Of a stretch of 64,000 nt of DNA, positions 28,221 through 37,669 are shown in pieces. Within the stretch, counting starts at the first letter, position 1; every line of letters starts with the position of its first letter. A program made the position numbers and the translations under genes. Where the stretch lies: the IMG/VR virus record IMGVR_UViG_3300027819_000006. One strand, 5' to 3'. Source of the stretch: a virus (Duplodnaviria > Caudoviricetes). The notes under the pieces were generated by a model, which saw only the letters and a list, made by a program, of their open reading frames with translations, did not search any database and was not told where the DNA came from.

Positions 28221-28957
28221 GTGTTCATCAGCTTTCTATAAATTTCTTTCATGTCATTGTTGCTATTAACTACATCTAAAATATCTTGATTATCTATTGA
28301 CTTTATGTTTTGACAGACATAGTAGTGATGCAGAGCTTTACCATTAGTTTTGACTCTTGTATATGGATTTTCTGTAAATGAATCTGCATGAGCATGAACA
28401 AATGGTCTGTAGAAAACTATCTTAAAATACATCTGGTTCAAAAATGCTTCGAAATATTTTGGAATGAACAGACCAGGGTAGACAAAAGCATGTTGATGTC
28501 CTTCATAACCAAATTGATGATCAAAATCAGGGATAGAAATATGAACATATCCACCATCTATGCATATATTCTTTATATTAATTAAAGCATGATAAGGCGA
28601 AGATACATGCTCTAGTACTTCATAGATCATTACAAATTCAAATTTATCATACAGTTCAGATTTCTTATCTATTGTATCTTCTACGATATCTAATTTAAAG
28701 AAGTCATCTATTTCTTCTAAACCTTGCAGCTCTGCAAATATTTTTATGCTTTCATCTGAAACATCTGAAGCTGTAACATGATTGTCATATTTTTGTTTTA
28801 TTTCTTTTGCTGTATGTCCGAAACCAGAACCTATTTCTAAAACTTTTTTGTGATGAGGAATGAGCTCTGATGGTAGCTCAAACTGTGTCCAATATTGTGT
28901 TATAAATTTTTCTACTCCTCCCAATAAAGAACTACCATACACATCATGAGCATTCAA
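28217..28957 (-). CDS. class I SAM-dependent methyltransferase
   Basis: VLEIGSGFG, SDVS, YEVLEHV, GGYVHISIP. Confidence 0.9.
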   Translation of the reverse strand: MNAHDVYGSSLLGGVEKFITQYWTQFELPSELIPHHKKVLEIGSGFGHTAKEIKQKYDNHVTASDVSDESIKIFAELQGLEEIDDFFKLDIVEDTIDKKSELYDKFEFVMIYEVLEHVSSPYHALINIKNICIDGGYVHISIPDFDHQFGYEGHQHAFVYPGLFIPKYFEAFLNQMYFKIVFYRPFVHAHADSFTENPYTRVKTNGKALHHYYVCQNIKSIDNQDILDVVNSNNDMKEIYRKLMNT

Positions 28958-28960
28958 ATG

Positions 28961-29305
28961 TTATCTCTTTGAAAGTTCATTGTATGAATCTACTGCATTA
29001 TCTATAGTTATGTCTGCTACCATGCCATGTTTTTTGATCTGTTCATTAGCAATTTGTCTAATCTCTACATCTTTTTTACTAACTTCATAAAGCTGAGCAT
29101 AAAATGATCTTCCACCATGAGACTTGTTTCCAGAAAGTTTAGCATATTCTTTCAATCCCAAAGCTTGTCTAATAGCTCTTAAATCTCTTCCATTCATGTT
29201 ACATTTTTCAGATCCTGAACATCCAAGCAGTCTGCCTAATTGATTTACTGAATTAGCTCTTTTTGCCCAAAATCTGATTTCTGATTTATCTATATTGTAT
29301 AACAT
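28961..29305 (-). CDS. hypothetical protein
   Basis: 114-aa ORF. Confidence 0.6.
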   Translation of the reverse strand: MLYNIDKSEIRFWAKRANSVNQLGRLLGCSGSEKCNMNGRDLRAIRQALGLKEYAKLSGNKSHGGRSFYAQLYEVSKKDVEIRQIANEQIKKHGMVADITIDNAVDSYNELSKR

Positions 29306-29324
29306 TCTGTGAATCCTTTTTATT

Positions 29325-30186
29325 TTATATTAATGATAGTTCTTTCATTTTTTCACCATCCCATACTTCTACAATACAGTGCTCTAGTATTTCTTTTAAT
29401 AATAAAACTTTGAGCATATTTTCCATAGTAACATATCCTTTTACTTCAATTATTTTTATAAGTTCTTTCTTGTTATTATAAATGAAAAAATCTGGTAAGT
29501 ATGAAACATTGTTCCATAAAATATATCTTTTTTCTTCATACTTCCATATTATATTATTGTCGTCTAAATATTTTGCTACTTTTGCTTCCCATGTAGATCT
29601 AAAACATATTTTTTTATATCTAGTTTTTATACCTCTCCCTATTTTGGAACTTAATTTTATAAAACCATTTCTGAAACCATTTTTTCTTGTCTCAGATATC
29701 TTATCTCTTGTTTCTTTACTTACTTCTTTTCCAAACATTGGATTATTTTCGCCTTTGAACTCTTCTCCTTTTCCATATCTTGGATTATTTATTCCTCTGT
29801 AGTGATCATTTAAGTATTGTTCATACATTTCTTCTGCTCTTTCTTGTCCATAATTATCTATCCAAACATCTTTTAAACTTCTATTATATCGAGGATTATT
29901 TTCGCCCTTTAATGATCCATTATCTCTTATTGTTTTAGAAGCTTTTAAAGATATATTTTTGTATATTTCTTTAACTTCGTCTTTATTTCTATTTTTCGTC
30001 CAATGTTCTATTTCTCCACTATCTATTTTTGCTTTTCTAAAACCATTCGATAATTTAGCATTTGGAAATTTTATTTTATATCTTTAATGTCATGTTGTGC
30101 TTTTTAAGATGTGATGCAGTTATAAAAGAAAAAAGCTTATACTCTGTTTTATCTTCTATACATTGTAAGCAATGTATTTTATCCAA
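29325..30186 (-). pseudogene. homing-type NUMOD3 + PD-(D/E)XK endonuclease, frameshift near 30080
   Basis: ORF 29325-29828 extends in frame upstream; Zn-finger N-terminus from TTG 30186 in another frame; RSTWE..YLPDFFI..IIEVKG. Confidence 0.7.
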
Positions 30187-30273
30187 TTTATTCTCCAATA
30201 AAAATATTGTCAAACTATATGTTTAATAGATTTTTGATATCTATTAGCGCTCTGTAATAAATTTATGTTAGTA

Positions 30274-30549
30274 TTAAATATAAATATGCTGACTTATAGC
30301 TTTTACAATTCCTGTCTTTACGAATCTGTTAGATGTCTGTATTATTAAGTCTGCTTCTTTGCCATAGTCTATAGCTTCTTTATTAGATATTGAATAGTCA
30401 TAGTATAAGTTTTCATGGTTAACATAAACATAATTTGATTTTTCTGTAACTTTAAATTCTATATTTTTATCATCTAAATCATGTAATCCAAGAATTATTT
30501 GAGAAGTACTAAAACAATACTCAGGAGTACAAACAATTAAGATTTTCAT
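30274..30549 (-). CDS. short paralogue of the N-terminus of 31432-32400
   Basis: shared KIL..GLH.L..K..F..TE.SNY pattern. Confidence 0.55.
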   Translation of the reverse strand: MKILIVCTPEYCFSTSQIILGLHDLDDKNIEFKVTEKSNYVYVNHENLYYDYSISNKEAIDYGKEADLIIQTSNRFVKTGIVKAISQHIYI

Positions 30550-30749
30550 TTATTTCTATAAACTTTTGACCATTTTTCTAATATTTCAAAATGTTCATAA
30601 AGCAATATTCCATCTTTTTTGATTTCTTCTGGACAAGCATATTCATTTTGAATATCTGACATAGCCCTTCCAAGGCAATCTTCTAGCTTGTCATCTTCAT
30701 AGAGTTCTTTATTTATGAAACCAAATTTCTTATAAATATATTCTATCAT
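30546..30749 (-). CDS. hypothetical protein
   Basis: 67-aa coupled ORF. Confidence 0.5.
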   Translation of the reverse strand: MIEYIYKKFGFINKELYEDDKLEDCLGRAMSDIQNEYACPEEIKKDGILLYEHFEILEKWSKVYRNK

Positions 30750-30755
30750 GATTTT

Positions 30756-31439
30756 TCAAATTCTTCGTGCAACAAAAATCCACCCCATAGCAAGCTCATG
30801 TCTGCTAATATCTGGTGAAGTTATAAATTCTGCACTAATATCGTTAAATTCTTTATTATCTTTCATGAATCTCTTTATTGCATTATCAACACCAGCTAAA
30901 TTTTTATCATGTAGTATTACATATCCATCTTTAATAACTTTTGGTGTAAATTTATATAATTCCTGTACTACAGATTCTTCTTCATGACTAGAATCTATGA
31001 ACAATAATCCTAAATCTGGTATTTGATCTATATCAACATCTTGAGATTTCATTCTGTGTTTTACAATTAAACGATCAACTTGCCATTTAGTCATATTATC
31101 GTCATACATTTTTCTTAGATCAAGACTATTTTCATTTACTTGTTTTACAAGATTGCCATCATATGCTAAATCTTCGACAGTTAATGGATCTATAGAATGT
31201 AATCTAAGTTTTGTATTTTCTCCAAATCTGTCTTGCATTGATGTAGCTAAAACTACAGACATTGCTCCTACCCATGAACCACACTCTGCAATATTGCTTT
31301 CTGGCATCAATTTTACAGCTTTATTTAATATCTGAGGTTCAAATTCGCATGTCATCGAGACAATTCCTAATGCATCATCTCCTCTTTGATTTGCATCACA
31401 TTTGTTATGGTGAAGCATATATTCATCAAATCTATTCAT
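30756..31439 (-). CDS. class I SAM methyltransferase (Methyltransf_24-like)
   Basis: AECGSWVG, LHSID, LLFIDSSHEE, GYVILHD. Confidence 0.85.
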   Translation of the reverse strand: MNRFDEYMLHHNKCDANQRGDDALGIVSMTCEFEPQILNKAVKLMPESNIAECGSWVGAMSVVLATSMQDRFGENTKLRLHSIDPLTVEDLAYDGNLVKQVNENSLDLRKMYDDNMTKWQVDRLIVKHRMKSQDVDIDQIPDLGLLFIDSSHEEESVVQELYKFTPKVIKDGYVILHDKNLAGVDNAIKRFMKDNKEFNDISAEFITSPDISRHELAMGWIFVARRI

Positions 31440-32400
31440 TTATTACTCCAGCAAGTTCACATTCTTTTAATAAATAGGACACACGAGCAATTGTTGTATG
31501 ATTCTCAAGAACATATTTAAAACAGTTTGTAGCTACTTTTTCTCTATAATCATCATTATCTAAATTATAAACTGCTTCTAAAAGTGAATCTTCGTCATCA
31601 AAATCTAAGTAATGTTCACCTCTAATAAATGAGTATGGCATATAAATCTTTATTGGTTGAGTGAGAATAAAACATCCATTTGCAAACCCTTCCCACATTC
31701 TTGCAGCGTTACAATTCAGCGACCCATAGCCATCAACACAAATTTTAGAATTGTACAAAGTTTCATAATAGTTAGAATGATCTCTATTACCAGTGTCTAC
31801 TGCAACTTTATTTTTATGATCATACATATTTCCTATAACAGAATTTTCTAACTTTGCATTTTTTAGCGTATTTTCGATCCAGATGCGATCTGGTTTTGTC
31901 TCGTCATGTGGTCCGAACATACATGCTAAATATATATTCTTATTTTTAATGTTATTTAGTATTTCATCATGAGACTTAAAAAAATATCTATTTTCTATAG
32001 CAAATGGGAATGGTTTAACATTTGAAGGATGCTCTAATGACAAAAGCATTTCTCTCTTGAAATAAAGAGCAAAATGCTCAGTGTTCTTTCTATATTTAGA
32101 AAAATCTTCACCATCGACAAAAATTGTCTTGTCTGGTCTAAATATGCTCTCTGCTATGCCATCTTTTGCTTCTTGATTTGAACATAAGATTATTAGATCA
32201 GCTATATCTTTACCAAATTTTACAGCTACATTGTCATCATATAAAGTATGATCATATTGACCTTCTACTTTTGAATAATTGCTTTGTTCAGTACAGTAAA
32301 ATTTTACTTTATTTTGAAGTGAAAGTTCATGCAAGCCCTCTATTAAAGAACTCTGACAAAAATCATAAAATTTTGATTGAATGACTAAAATTTTCAACAT
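31432..32400 (-). CDS. GT-B glycosyltransferase (CgeB/Glyco_trans_1_2-like)
   Basis: FVDGED, SKICVD..RMWEGFANG, ENHTTIARV. Confidence 0.75.
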   Translation of the reverse strand: MLKILVIQSKFYDFCQSSLIEGLHELSLQNKVKFYCTEQSNYSKVEGQYDHTLYDDNVAVKFGKDIADLIILCSNQEAKDGIAESIFRPDKTIFVDGEDFSKYRKNTEHFALYFKREMLLSLEHPSNVKPFPFAIENRYFFKSHDEILNNIKNKNIYLACMFGPHDETKPDRIWIENTLKNAKLENSVIGNMYDHKNKVAVDTGNRDHSNYYETLYNSKICVDGYGSLNCNAARMWEGFANGCFILTQPIKIYMPYSFIRGEHYLDFDDEDSLLEAVYNLDNDDYREKVATNCFKYVLENHTTIARVSYLLKECELAGVINE

Positions 32401-32509
32401 TCTTCTAAAATCTCTTCTATTTCAAACACTTCATTAAATTCTACATTTCCAATAGCTGGATAACCAGCATATATCATTATAATTATCAATTACTATATAA
32501 ACCAGTAAA

Positions 32510-33694
32510 TTAATTTTCTTTGACAGAGAGATTATAGACTCCTCTGTGCAGAATGTTTAGAGCAGCATTGAAATCTGCATCTAAACTTAGACAGCAATTC
32601 AGACATAAAAATTGTTCATTCTTCCTATTTTTTTTATCTCTGAATCCACATGTAGAACAAGTTTGAGATGTATAGAAAGAAGAAACTTTCTTCAATTCTA
32701 TACCCTGTTCTTGACACAGCATTTCAAATTTTGAAATAACACTTGGATAAGACCAATATTGCAACTTACTATTCATTTTTTTGCTATATTTTGATTTATG
32801 CTTTACTTGTTGTAAATCTTCCAAGATGACAGTAGAAACATTTTTTAAATCAATGGAGTTGCAAATTTCGTTGATTTTATTGTTTTTGAAAGTAAGATAT
32901 TGTTTATAGTTTTTAGAGCCTCTCTTCATATTTGATAGTATAGTATACATTTGTTTCATTTCTTGACCATAGACATCATTATTTGAAGAAACTATAAGTT
33001 TATTGTAACCTATATCAAAAGCAATGGAATCATGTTTTTCTTTCATCTCTACTTCTTTTTCATATGAAAATATAATATAAAAATTGTCATTTATTTTCTT
33101 TAACTGCACAGTTTTCTTTCTATTCCAGTCTTTATATTTTAAAGATTGCTTATGCCACTTTATTGGAAGATTAATTTGAATTGCTTTCTTTTTATCAGAA
33201 TAAAAATGAGGCAATTTCAGTCCTATAAACTCATTAAAATGAATAGAAGAATTTTCATAGCTGAGTAATCTGTCATCAATATTAATAGAAATATTCTTAA
33301 TGTCTATTTTGCAAATTTTTATAGCATCTTTCAATTTCAAATCTTTAAATCTTTTGTTCAGAAATTTCAGCTGTCTATTTCTTTTGATAAAGTATTTGTA
33401 GCACTTCTTATATTTTTTATATCTTTTATCTAGACAGTATTCTATATTAGATCTGACAATCTCAGAAGCTTGTTTATAGACAATTTGTCTCCACTGAGAA
33501 TGATGAATTTTGTTAATAGGAAGAATCTTAGAAGACAAATTCTTATTTAATTCTAATTTTTGAGATAAAATAAGCTCTATATAAAATTTGACGTCTATTT
33601 CATAATCTTCAAATAGTTGTTCTAAATATTTAATTTTATTTAAATTAGAAAATTTTAAAATATGTCTACTACTTCTTATCAAGATCAATCTCAC
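32510..33694 (-). mobile_element. tnpB: IS200/IS605-family TnpB RNA-guided endonuclease, no TnpA seen
   Basis: RuvC FDIG, LEDL and DAD.NAA.NI; Zn ribbon SQTCSTCG..CLNC. Confidence 0.88.
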
Positions 33695-33702
33695 AATAAA
33701 AA

Positions 33703-33777
33703 TGCCAAGTATTGAACCTCAAATAGACTATGTCTATAAAGATACTTGGCAAATAGATAACATCTATTTGAGGTTCA
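33703..33777 (-). repeat. interleaved double inverted repeat, copy 2
   Basis: 10-bp IR 33703-33712/33742-33751 and 15-bp IR 33713-33727/33763-33777. Confidence 0.85.
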
Positions 33778-33988
33778 TATATAAATATATTGTGAGATTA
33801 GAAAAAGACAAAAAGGTTAAATTTTTACATTTATTTTACATAATTTTACAGAATATAGTTACTAGTTATAATATTTATGAAAGTTGACGCTTGTTGAATT
33901 GTATCAAACTGAGATGAATTCTTTGTAACAATATTTTCTCCCCAATCTGAATCATAGCTCACTGATACTTTCACGCTGAAACTCCTTG

Positions 33989-34546
33989 TTAAATCAAAAC
34001 TTTTTGTTTAATCTGTTTTCTAGCTATTAACTCTGTTCGCATAATATCTTTATCTGTCCAGAGGTATTTTCTGAAAGTGTTAGATTTCAGAACAAAATCT
34101 GTATTTATCAAACCTTGATCATGATACAATTTAGTCCCATCTTTGCAAAAATATTCAAACCAATCATCCCCCAACTGCGTTTGGTGAGTTGGATCGCGGC
34201 GAAACGCAATATCTCCAAATGGTACTTCTATAGTTAGTAAAGCATCATGTTTCATAACTCTATATATTTCATTCATCAAAAATATGAAAGGAGTTAATTT
34301 TTCTATGTTGCCTTCTGAGTCTTGAACATATACAATTTTAGCTGTGTGTTCTAAACCATCAAATATATTTACTTTATCTATAGAACTGTCTAAATTTGGT
34401 AACGGCTGAAATCCAAGATTTAGCTTGAAAAATAGACAGTTTTCAGGTTTAGATTTAGGCTGAACTATATCTATACCAATAGTTTGATAACCTTCTTCTT
34501 CTCTAAAGTTGCTCCCTACAAAAAGCTCGAGCTTGATTTTATCCAT
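33989..34546 (-). CDS. SAM methyltransferase (type 11-like)
   Basis: LELFVG..GIDI..DGLEH..EIYRVMK..IEVP..DPTH. Confidence 0.8.
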   Translation of the reverse strand: MDKIKLELFVGSNFREEEGYQTIGIDIVQPKSKPENCLFFKLNLGFQPLPNLDSSIDKVNIFDGLEHTAKIVYVQDSEGNIEKLTPFIFLMNEIYRVMKHDALLTIEVPFGDIAFRRDPTHQTQLGDDWFEYFCKDGTKLYHDQGLINTDFVLKSNTFRKYLWTDKDIMRTELIARKQIKQKVLI

Positions 34547-35046
34547 TAATTTATTCCCAATTTCTGTTCTATTAATTTTCTTGTAATATAGTGTAAATTA
34601 AATTTGTAACAATATTCTATATACCATTGTTGTATAGTATTTTTATTCTTTTTAGCTTTTGCAGCACCTTTCCAATCACATATCATTTCTTCTACATATT
34701 TTTCTGGTATTTCTAATGCTATACACTTATCATACTCTTCATCTTCTTCAATATCAATTTCTAATGGCATAATCCAATATTGCCAATGATGTTTATTTCT
34801 TGCAAAATGTAAAAATACTGCTCTATCAAATTTATCACCAGAATTATGTGTCGAATTATATACTTTCTTGCTTCTATTTCCTGCACTTTTACCATAAAAA
34901 TATTCTGAATATGCTAAAAATTCTGATGGACAAAAAGACGAAATATCATGAATTAATCCCAGCAATGGTCTACCAATTTTGCACATTTCTAAAAAAACAT
35001 ACCATTTATGAATTAATCGATATCTTAAGTGTTTTAAATATTTCAT
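34546..35046 (-). CDS. HD-like protein (DUF5662-like)
   Basis: HKWYV, IHDISSF, HFARNKHHWQYW, EMICDW. Confidence 0.75.
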   Translation of the reverse strand: MKYLKHLRYRLIHKWYVFLEMCKIGRPLLGLIHDISSFCPSEFLAYSEYFYGKSAGNRSKKVYNSTHNSGDKFDRAVFLHFARNKHHWQYWIMPLEIDIEEDEEYDKCIALEIPEKYVEEMICDWKGAAKAKKNKNTIQQWYIEYCYKFNLHYITRKLIEQKLGIN

Positions 35047-35109
35047 TTTTAACTAGTCTCAAATTGATTGGATTGCTTAGCATCCCTTGAATCGCTTAGC
35101 GTCTTTAAT

Positions 35110-36045
35110 TTACACCTTTTTATTTTTCAACATTTTTCTCAATGTTCTTACCAACTGCTTCCTTGCTTGATTCATTCTTTTGGTCTTTAAATCTCTTCTC
35201 TTCCTACGTATTGGCTTTAATCCTTGAGCAATCCTATCTTCATTGATCTTCTTTCTATTTTCTTCTTTGTCAATTTTCTTCTGTTCTCTGTTCTGTATAT
35301 CAATTAAAACAAGCTTATTTCTCTGTTCTGTAATATAGTCTAATAAATGATTTGATAAATAAGCAGATTTGCAAATTCCAGGAGTATTGCCAAGAAATTC
35401 AGAAGTTTTTGTAACGATCAGTTTTATTTCCTTGCTCAAATCTACTTTTTTAAGAGGAAGCTCTTTATCTTTGATAAAATCTTCATATATGCAGAAAGCT
35501 GTGTAGTTTGCTGCTAATGTTCGAAAATCTTTTGTAGTGAATATTTTGCCTATATTCTTCTTTAAATACTTCTTTATGCTTTTATCTGTGATATTTAGCC
35601 ATAAATCTGTTGATGATTCTTCATAAAATTTATGACCATATTCAATTAAAATTTTATCATCAGAAGTTATAAATTGGCTTACAACTTTTTTTCCTACAAA
35701 ATCTAGTATGATATGATTGTCATAAAATAGAATATGTTCCTTTTTCAGAGTAGAAGCTCCAAAAGTTTGAACAAATTCGCCTTCATGTCCTTTAACTACC
35801 GCTGTATAACCTTCAGCTGAGCCCTCATTTCCCACACGAATTCCGGTTTTGCAGAGTAGATATATAGCATATGCTTCTTTTGATCCAGTTTTAATATCTT
35901 CTACAATCTCGGGTTCAATTTTTGTCCAAACTTCAGCAAGCTTGTTTACTCTATTAAATTTAGAAGCTTTCTTATCCTTCTGCTTAATTCTATTGCTTTT
36001 AGAGAAAAATTCTACCTCTCTACCATTGAATATCAGTTTTGACAT
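35110..36045 (-). CDS. DNA topoisomerase IB
   Basis: TGIRVGNE, FGASTL, FVGKK, KDFRT, LGNTPGICKSAY (catalytic Tyr). Confidence 0.92.
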   Translation of the reverse strand: MSKLIFNGREVEFFSKSNRIKQKDKKASKFNRVNKLAEVWTKIEPEIVEDIKTGSKEAYAIYLLCKTGIRVGNEGSAEGYTAVVKGHEGEFVQTFGASTLKKEHILFYDNHIILDFVGKKVVSQFITSDDKILIEYGHKFYEESSTDLWLNITDKSIKKYLKKNIGKIFTTKDFRTLAANYTAFCIYEDFIKDKELPLKKVDLSKEIKLIVTKTSEFLGNTPGICKSAYLSNHLLDYITEQRNKLVLIDIQNREQKKIDKEENRKKINEDRIAQGLKPIRRKRRDLKTKRMNQARKQLVRTLRKMLKNKKV

Positions 36046-36084
36046 TTTTCTCTCTATTTAATAATAACACATTGTTTATGATTA

Positions 36085-36118
36085 AATATAAACAAATATC
36101 ATACAAATGTAAACAACT
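36085..36118 (-). promoter_or_regulatory. conserved phage promoter upstream of topoisomerase IB
   Basis: AGTTGTTTACATTTG...TTTGTTTATATT. Confidence 0.75.
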
Positions 36119-37247
36119 TTTTTTCATCTTTTAATAAATCTTCTTTAAACAAAATATAGAATATTTTTGATTCTTTATCGTATTTTTCAATAAAAATTTG
36201 CATTTTCTCTTTAGATTCTGGTCTCATCCAGCCTTTAACTTCTTCTATTCTTATCAAATTATTATTTTCATCATAGATAAAGAAATCAGGAGTATAAGTT
36301 GTATTTTCTAATTTATAAGTTATTTCTTCATATTTCCAATTTGCAGATATAGAATCTAGAAATTGAGCTCTTTCCAGCTCATAGGTAGATTTCATCTTTA
36401 TTTCAGCATTGTTTCTATCTGCATAAACAACTCGATGCCACTTAGGAGATACTCCATACATAGGATTTCCAGAACCAGATCTATCTATAGACCATTTTTG
36501 TTTTTGTTCGTCTGAAAAAATATATCCATACATGCTATTTTTGCTACCAGTCATAGGATTAACACGATGATTTTCTTTATGTTTATTAATTAATTTTAAT
36601 AATTTATTTTCTGCAATTTCCTCTCCATATTTAATTACCCAAGCATCAAAAAAAGACATTCCAAACATTGGGTTTTTGTCTCCTTTTAATGATTCAGAAA
36701 TGTTTCTCTTATGAGAATCTGAAAGTTTTTTATCTTGCCAAACACCAGGCCTACCCATTAAAGATTTAGATATTTTTTCTTTTACTCCAGGCTTATGTAC
36801 AGGATTTCTATCTCCAAGTTTACAACAAACTCTGCACATATTTAAATCTGCAGAAACTACATTAGTGCATCCTTCTTCAACACAATAGAAAGTTTTAGAA
36901 GCTTTACATTCATCACAAATAAAAATTTTTCTATGACCTTTAAGCATTTTATCTCCACATACTGTACATCTACAAGTATTTTTCTCAGACATATAAAATT
37001 GATGTTTTGAACATCTACTACCTTCATTTTTTACTTTATTGTTGCAATTTTCTATTAAGCATTTATATTCTATTTTATTTCTGCAATCTCCACAAATACC
37101 AATTTTATTAGTTCCGCCTATAGGATTTATTTTACAAGTTTTGCATATTAATGGAGGTTTTCCACTCTTACATCTTTTACAGATATTACTTTTATAATTA
37201 ACATTAAGTTTTTTAGGGCACGATATACAGTATCTATCTTCTTGCAT
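36099..37247 (-). CDS. Cys-rich NUMOD3 + PD-(D/E)XK homing-type endonuclease
   Basis: many CxxC pairs, GDKNPMFG repeats, KSTYE..YTPDFFIY..EEVKGW. Confidence 0.8.
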   Translation of the reverse strand: MQEDRYCISCPKKLNVNYKSNICKRCKSGKPPLICKTCKINPIGGTNKIGICGDCRNKIEYKCLIENCNNKVKNEGSRCSKHQFYMSEKNTCRCTVCGDKMLKGHRKIFICDECKASKTFYCVEEGCTNVVSADLNMCRVCCKLGDRNPVHKPGVKEKISKSLMGRPGVWQDKKLSDSHKRNISESLKGDKNPMFGMSFFDAWVIKYGEEIAENKLLKLINKHKENHRVNPMTGSKNSMYGYIFSDEQKQKWSIDRSGSGNPMYGVSPKWHRVVYADRNNAEIKMKSTYELERAQFLDSISANWKYEEITYKLENTTYTPDFFIYDENNNLIRIEEVKGWMRPESKEKMQIFIEKYDKESKIFYILFKEDLLKDEKKLFTFV

Positions 37248-37260
37248 TACCTCTCCAAAA

Positions 37261-37352
37261 AAAAATTGTCTATAGTAGCACCCTAATAGACTGAAGTCAG
37301 AAGGCTATAGACAATTTTTCAAATATATTTATGTTTTGTCTATTAGTGTGCT
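37261..37352 (-). repeat. interleaved double inverted repeat, copy 3
   Basis: 15-bp IR 37261-37275/37305-37319; 15-bp IR with one mismatch 37277-37291/37338-37352. Confidence 0.8.
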
Positions 37353-37603
37353 TATAATAAATATATTTGATCAAGAAATAAATGCATTTGACCTATCCCT
37401 GTCTCTGCCATTAGCAGATATCCATATCCCTCTTTTGAACCAGCTTCTATATCTTTAATTATCTTTGGTTCAATAGTTCCCCAGTCTCTAGCAATTTTTC
37501 CTACACGTACAAACTTTGCAATTTTCTTGTCTTTTTGCTTTATTCTACCATTTGGATCAGAGAAGAATACTGCTGGCCTATTTTCGTAAGTGAAGTTGAT
37601 CAT
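37352..37603 (-). pseudogene. truncated second topoisomerase IB N-terminus
   Basis: RIKQKDKK.KF.RV..IEP.I..DI..GSKE..TGI matches 35110-36045 and stops just before the catalytic Arg. Confidence 0.85.
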
Positions 37604-37669
37604 TTAGTAATTCTCCTCTATTTTGGTATGTTTAAATATAAATTTCATACCAAAAGTAAAGGATTATTT

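Noticed and set aside
30203-30284. Fifth interleaved IR element upstream of the 29325-30186 nuclease
   Set aside because: Only an 8-bp hairpin and imperfect nested repeats; possibly decayed, but does not meet the pattern. None seen before the 2340, 5228 or 44968 nucleases either
35066-35103. Tandem imperfect repeats containing GCTTAGC downstream of Topo IB
   Set aside because: Only two short copies; could be chance or part of a terminator
37247-37400. Group I intron in the Topo IB fragment
   Set aside because: No P4/P7 core motifs and no matching 3' exon; the downstream gene is a complete copy with its own start and promoter
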